Below, piece after piece: positions 8,295 to 11,168 of a stretch of 11,168 nt of DNA. Below the pieces are notes generated by a model, which was given only the letters and a program-made list of their open reading frames with translations, made no database searches and was not told the origin of the DNA. The stretch's first letter is position 1; each line of letters begins with the position of its first letter. A program made the translations under genes and the position numbers. Source of the DNA: Kofleriaceae bacterium (GTDB lineage Bacteria; Myxococcota_A; Polyangia; Haliangiales; Haliangiaceae); assembly GCA_046597055.1 (NCBI GenBank), contig JBKJLC010000204.1, forward strand, positions 1 through 11,168, given 5' to 3'.

Positions 8295-10132
8295 AGCGAC
8301 GCCGCTGGCAGAAGTCCAAGGAGGCGCCGCCGGTCGGCGAGGCCCGCCGCAGTCAGCTGCTCACCACCTACGGCGCCGGATCGATGATCGATCTGGTCGA
8401 CCGGTCGATCCTGGTGGCCGGGCTCGACTTCTGGAACTACCCGGGCAAGCGCCCGGTGATCCACGAGCCGCGGCTGTCGGCGCGGCTCGTGATGCAGTTC
8501 CGCAAGGCCGGGCGCACGCTCAACGCGGTGGACACGTTCTCGCCGCCGCCCGCGTGCGACGACCGCGAGCCGTCGGAGCAGGCCGGCCTGCAGGTCGTGG
8601 AGTTCCCGCGCTGGATGGTGTGCCAGGCGTGCCGCCAGCTGGTGCAGGCCAGCAGCAGCCTCAAGGTCGTCGACGGCCGTTACCACCATGCGTGCGGCGG
8701 CAAGCACGACGTGCTGGTGCCGGTTCGCTTCGTGGTCATGTGCGGCAAGGGTCACCTCGAGGAGTTCCCGTGGTCGATGTTCGTCCACGACGGCAGCCCG
8801 TGCACCAGCACGGCCTTGACCGTGACCGAGGACGCCGGCGCCGAGCTGTTCGACGTCCGCGTGACCTGCCTCGCCTGCAACCTGACCCGCAGCATGGAGA
8901 AGGCAGAGCCGTTCATGAAGGCGTCGCCGTGCCGCGGGTCGCGCCCGTGGCTGGGCCGCGCCAGCGACGTCGCCGAGGCGTGCGACAGCGACGTGACCAT
9001 GAAGGTGCGCACGTCGAGCAGCACGTACTTCGGAGTCGGGGCCAGCGCGCTGTCGATCCCGAACGCCGCCCACCGGCTCGAGACCCTGGTGCGCAAGCAC
9101 CTGCCGATCCTGAACGAGACGACCTACGAGGACCTGCCCAGCCTGCTGCGGCTGGTGCCGCCGGTGAAGGCCGATCTGGGGAGCTATCCGCTCGATCAGG
9201 TCTGGGGCGTCCTCGATGCGGTGCGCCGGGGCGAGCCGGCGCCGACCCTGCCGCTGCGCGAGCCCGAGTACGCGTACCTGCAGGGCGTGCCGGTCGAGCG
9301 TCCTGGCGACGCGCCGACCGCGGACGAGCGCGCGGCGGCCTTCTTCGCGCGCCGGCTGCGCCCGAAGCGCGGGCTGCCGGCCGGCCTCGACCGGGTGGTC
9401 CTGGTGCGCCAGCTGCGCGAGGTCTACGCGCAGGTCGGGTTCTCGCGGCTGGCGCCGATCGACGCCGAGCTCGACGGTGACGTCGACGTGGACATCGCGC
9501 ACCTCGGCCACATGACCGACTGGCTGCCCGCGATCGAGAACCGCGGCGAGGGCCTGTGGATCCAGCTCGACGAGGCCCGGCTCGCCGCGTGGGAGCAGCA
9601 CGCGGTCGTGCAGCGGCGCGCCGAGGCGCTGCGCGCCGGCTGGCATCGCGAATTTCGCGCGCGCAACGGTCCGACGTTCTTTGGCGCGCGCTACTACCTG
9701 CTGCACTCGCTCTCGCACCTGCTGATCCAGGCGATCGCGCTCGAGTGTGGCTACGGCGCCAGCTCGCTCCGCGAGCGCATCTACTGCTCGCAGCCCGGCG
9801 CCAGCACACCCATGGCGGCGATTCTGCTGGTGACCACCACGCCGGGCAGCGAGGGCACGCTCGGCGGGCTGGTCGCGCAGGGCCGCCGTCTCGACGTGCA
9901 CCTCGAGCGTGCGCTCGGCCTGGCCCGGCTGTGCTCGAACGACCCGGTCTGCGCCGGCCATGCGCCGAACGACGAGCACGGCGACCACCACCTCGAGGGC
10001 GCGGCCTGCCACGGCTGCCTGTACCTGGCCGAGGTGAGCTGCGAGCGCATGAACCGCATGCTCGACCGCGCCCTGGTCGTCCCGGTCATCGACCAGCCGC
10101 CCGAGCTGGCCTTCTTCGGGGACGCGGGTTGA
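8291..10132 (+). CDS. drmB: DISARM DUF1998-domain protein DrmB
   Basis: The true start is ATG 8291 (ATGA overlap with the drmA stop, GGAAGGAAGG RBS at 8277-8286), giving 613 aa. It is the 3' part of ORF 6020..10132. N-terminus GEARRSQLLTTYGAGSMIDL, then FPRWMVC and PVRFVVMCGKGHLEEFPW. The DUF1998 C-terminus reads LHSLSHLLIQAIALECGY..SSLRERIY...GTLGGLV...CSNDPVC...GAACHGC...SCERMNRMLDR. Confidence 0.93.
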   Translation: MKRRRWQKSKEAPPVGEARRSQLLTTYGAGSMIDLVDRSILVAGLDFWNYPGKRPVIHEPRLSARLVMQFRKAGRTLNAVDTFSPPPACDDREPSEQAGLQVVEFPRWMVCQACRQLVQASSSLKVVDGRYHHACGGKHDVLVPVRFVVMCGKGHLEEFPWSMFVHDGSPCTSTALTVTEDAGAELFDVRVTCLACNLTRSMEKAEPFMKASPCRGSRPWLGRASDVAEACDSDVTMKVRTSSSTYFGVGASALSIPNAAHRLETLVRKHLPILNETTYEDLPSLLRLVPPVKADLGSYPLDQVWGVLDAVRRGEPAPTLPLREPEYAYLQGVPVERPGDAPTADERAAAFFARRLRPKRGLPAGLDRVVLVRQLREVYAQVGFSRLAPIDAELDGDVDVDIAHLGHMTDWLPAIENRGEGLWIQLDEARLAAWEQHAVVQRRAEALRAGWHREFRARNGPTFFGARYYLLHSLSHLLIQAIALECGYGASSLRERIYCSQPGASTPMAAILLVTTTPGSEGTLGGLVAQGRRLDVHLERALGLARLCSNDPVCAGHAPNDEHGDHHLEGAACHGCLYLAEVSCERMNRMLDRALVVPVIDQPPELAFFGDAG

Positions 10133-10857
10133 CCCGCCGCGGCGTGTGGGAACTGTCCACGCCGCGCCTGGCGCAGCTGCTCGCGGCGCTCCGGCGGCGC
10201 GGCGATCCGGTCACGCCGATCGGCCTCCAGCAAGACGGCTTCGAGCTCGCCACCTGCGGCGGGCTCGCCGACCTGCCCTCGACCGCGGCCCGGATGGTGG
10301 TCGAGGCGGTGCTGGCCGAGCGCACCGCGCACCCGCGGCCCGGGCTCGAGCTGGTGTGGACGGGCCGCGAGGGCGGCCCGACCCTGTCGCGCGACACCAG
10401 CCAGGTCCTGCCCGAGCTGTTCGCGCGCGCCGAGCGTCGCGTGATCATCGCCGGCTTCGCCTTCTACGAGGCCAGCAACATCTTCGCGCCGCTGCACGTG
10501 CGCGCCCGCGACGCCGGCGTCGAGGTCGAGTTCTTCATCCACGTCGACGGCACCGGCCAGAACGCCCGCATGTCGGCCGCCAGCTTCTTCACCCACTCGT
10601 GGCCGTGGCGCGACGTCACCCCGCGCCTCTACTACGACGCCCGCGCCGACGCCGCCGACACCTCGTCGACCATGCACGCCAAGTGCGTCGTCGTCGACGA
10701 TCGCGAGGTGCTCATCACGTCGGCCAACTTCACCGGCCGCGCCCAGCGCGCCAACGTCGAGCTCGGGGTGCTCATCCGTGACAGCGTGTTTGCCAGCCGG
10801 GTCAGCGGCCAGTGGCGTGCGCTGGTGACGCACGGGCTGTTTCGCGCGCATGGCTGA
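10129..10857 (+). CDS. drmC: DISARM phospholipase D-family nuclease DrmC
   Basis: 3' part of ORF 9556..10857. The probable start is TTG 10129 (TTGA overlap with the drmB stop; GTG 10144 is an alternative), giving about 242 aa. It has ELVWTG...RDT and a single HKD motif, MHAKCVVVDDREVLITSANFTGRAQRANVELG. Confidence 0.9.
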   Translation: MTRRGVWELSTPRLAQLLAALRRRGDPVTPIGLQQDGFELATCGGLADLPSTAARMVVEAVLAERTAHPRPGLELVWTGREGGPTLSRDTSQVLPELFARAERRVIIAGFAFYEASNIFAPLHVRARDAGVEVEFFIHVDGTGQNARMSAASFFTHSWPWRDVTPRLYYDARADAADTSSTMHAKCVVVDDREVLITSANFTGRAQRANVELGVLIRDSVFASRVSGQWRALVTHGLFRAHG

Positions 10858-11025
10858 CGCCGACGGGCAGCATCACCGGTTCCCGATCCGCAGCAGGCTC
10901 GCGCCCGAGCGGGGCCGCTGATCCCCGAGCGAGGTGTTCCCGCCCCCGGCCGGACTGACACCGGCGGGCGCCGACCGATCCGGCCAGTCGCGCGCGCGCG
11001 GCGCCCGCGCGAGCGAGCGCCGCGG

Positions 11026-11034
11026 TGATACCCT
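11026..11034 (+). promoter_or_regulatory. Candidate extended -10 promoter (TG-A-TACCCT) of the DUF445 gene
   Basis: TGnTAnnnT pattern 27 nt upstream of ATG 11062, followed by a GAGGAG RBS at 11047-11052. Confidence 0.45.
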
Positions 11035-11061
11035 CCGGCACCTCCCGAGGAGCTTCACGGC

Positions 11062-11168
11062 ATGCCTGACTGGTTGTACCTCCTGCTCACCGTGCCTGCG
11101 GTGTCCGCCTTCATCGGCTGGCTCACCAACTGGCAGGCCGTGAAGATGATCTTCTGGCCGGCGCGCTT
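11062..11168 (+). CDS. DUF445-family membrane protein, N-terminal fragment (partial)
   Basis: ATG 11062 with a GAGGAG RBS. It translates as MPDWLYLLLTVPAVSAFIGWLTNWQAVKMIFWPAR, matching the DUF445/YheB N-terminal motif IGWxTNxxAxKMxFxP. It runs off the window end and is not in the ORF track. Confidence 0.8.
   Translation, partial: MPDWLYLLLTVPAVSAFIGWLTNWQAVKMIFWPAR

Noticed and set aside
9556..10128. N-terminal extension of the 433-aa DrmC ORF
   Set aside because: It overlaps drmB out of frame and is low-complexity. The TTG at 10129 gives a normal-sized, coupled DrmC.
4656..10851. Long minus-strand ORFs (4656..6968, 5051..6274, 6377..7342, 7284..8255, 8267..10012, 9781..10851) and plus-strand 4817..5686, 7900..9480
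   Set aside because: These are stop-poor shadow frames expected at this GC content, overlapping well-supported drm genes.
10858..11025. GC-rich short hairpins and a (CG)n run downstream of drmC as terminator, ncRNA or repeat
   Set aside because: Stems are only about 5 bp (GCTCG/CGAGC, CGGGG/CCCCG) with no U-tract, and are expected by chance at this composition.
1..11168. CRISPR array, tRNA, rRNA or integron attC sites
   Set aside because: I saw no regularly spaced direct repeats, cloverleaf motifs or RYYYAAC...GTTRRRY pairs in the short intergenic regions.

Overview
This very GC-rich bacterial window (possibly myxobacterial; inference only) holds three modules. (1) At 1-464 is the left end of an IS66-family element on the minus strand: a GTAAGCG terminal repeat, tnpA/orfA and the start of tnpB/orfB. 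(2) The IS appears to interrupt a large polymorphic-toxin gene (465-4033). Its remaining part shows the tail of a DUF4157/eCIS-core domain, a hydrophobic membrane segment and a C-terminal PD-(D/E)xK (CdiA-CT-like) nuclease. A probable cognate immunity gene follows at 4046-4771. (3) At 4980-10857 is an intact, translationally coupled DISARM core, drmA-drmB-drmC, with a candidate leaderless promoter. No methyltransferase, drmD or drmE gene directly flanks it on either side. The window ends in the start of a DUF445-type membrane protein gene. All assignments come from motif recognition by eye; no database searches were run.
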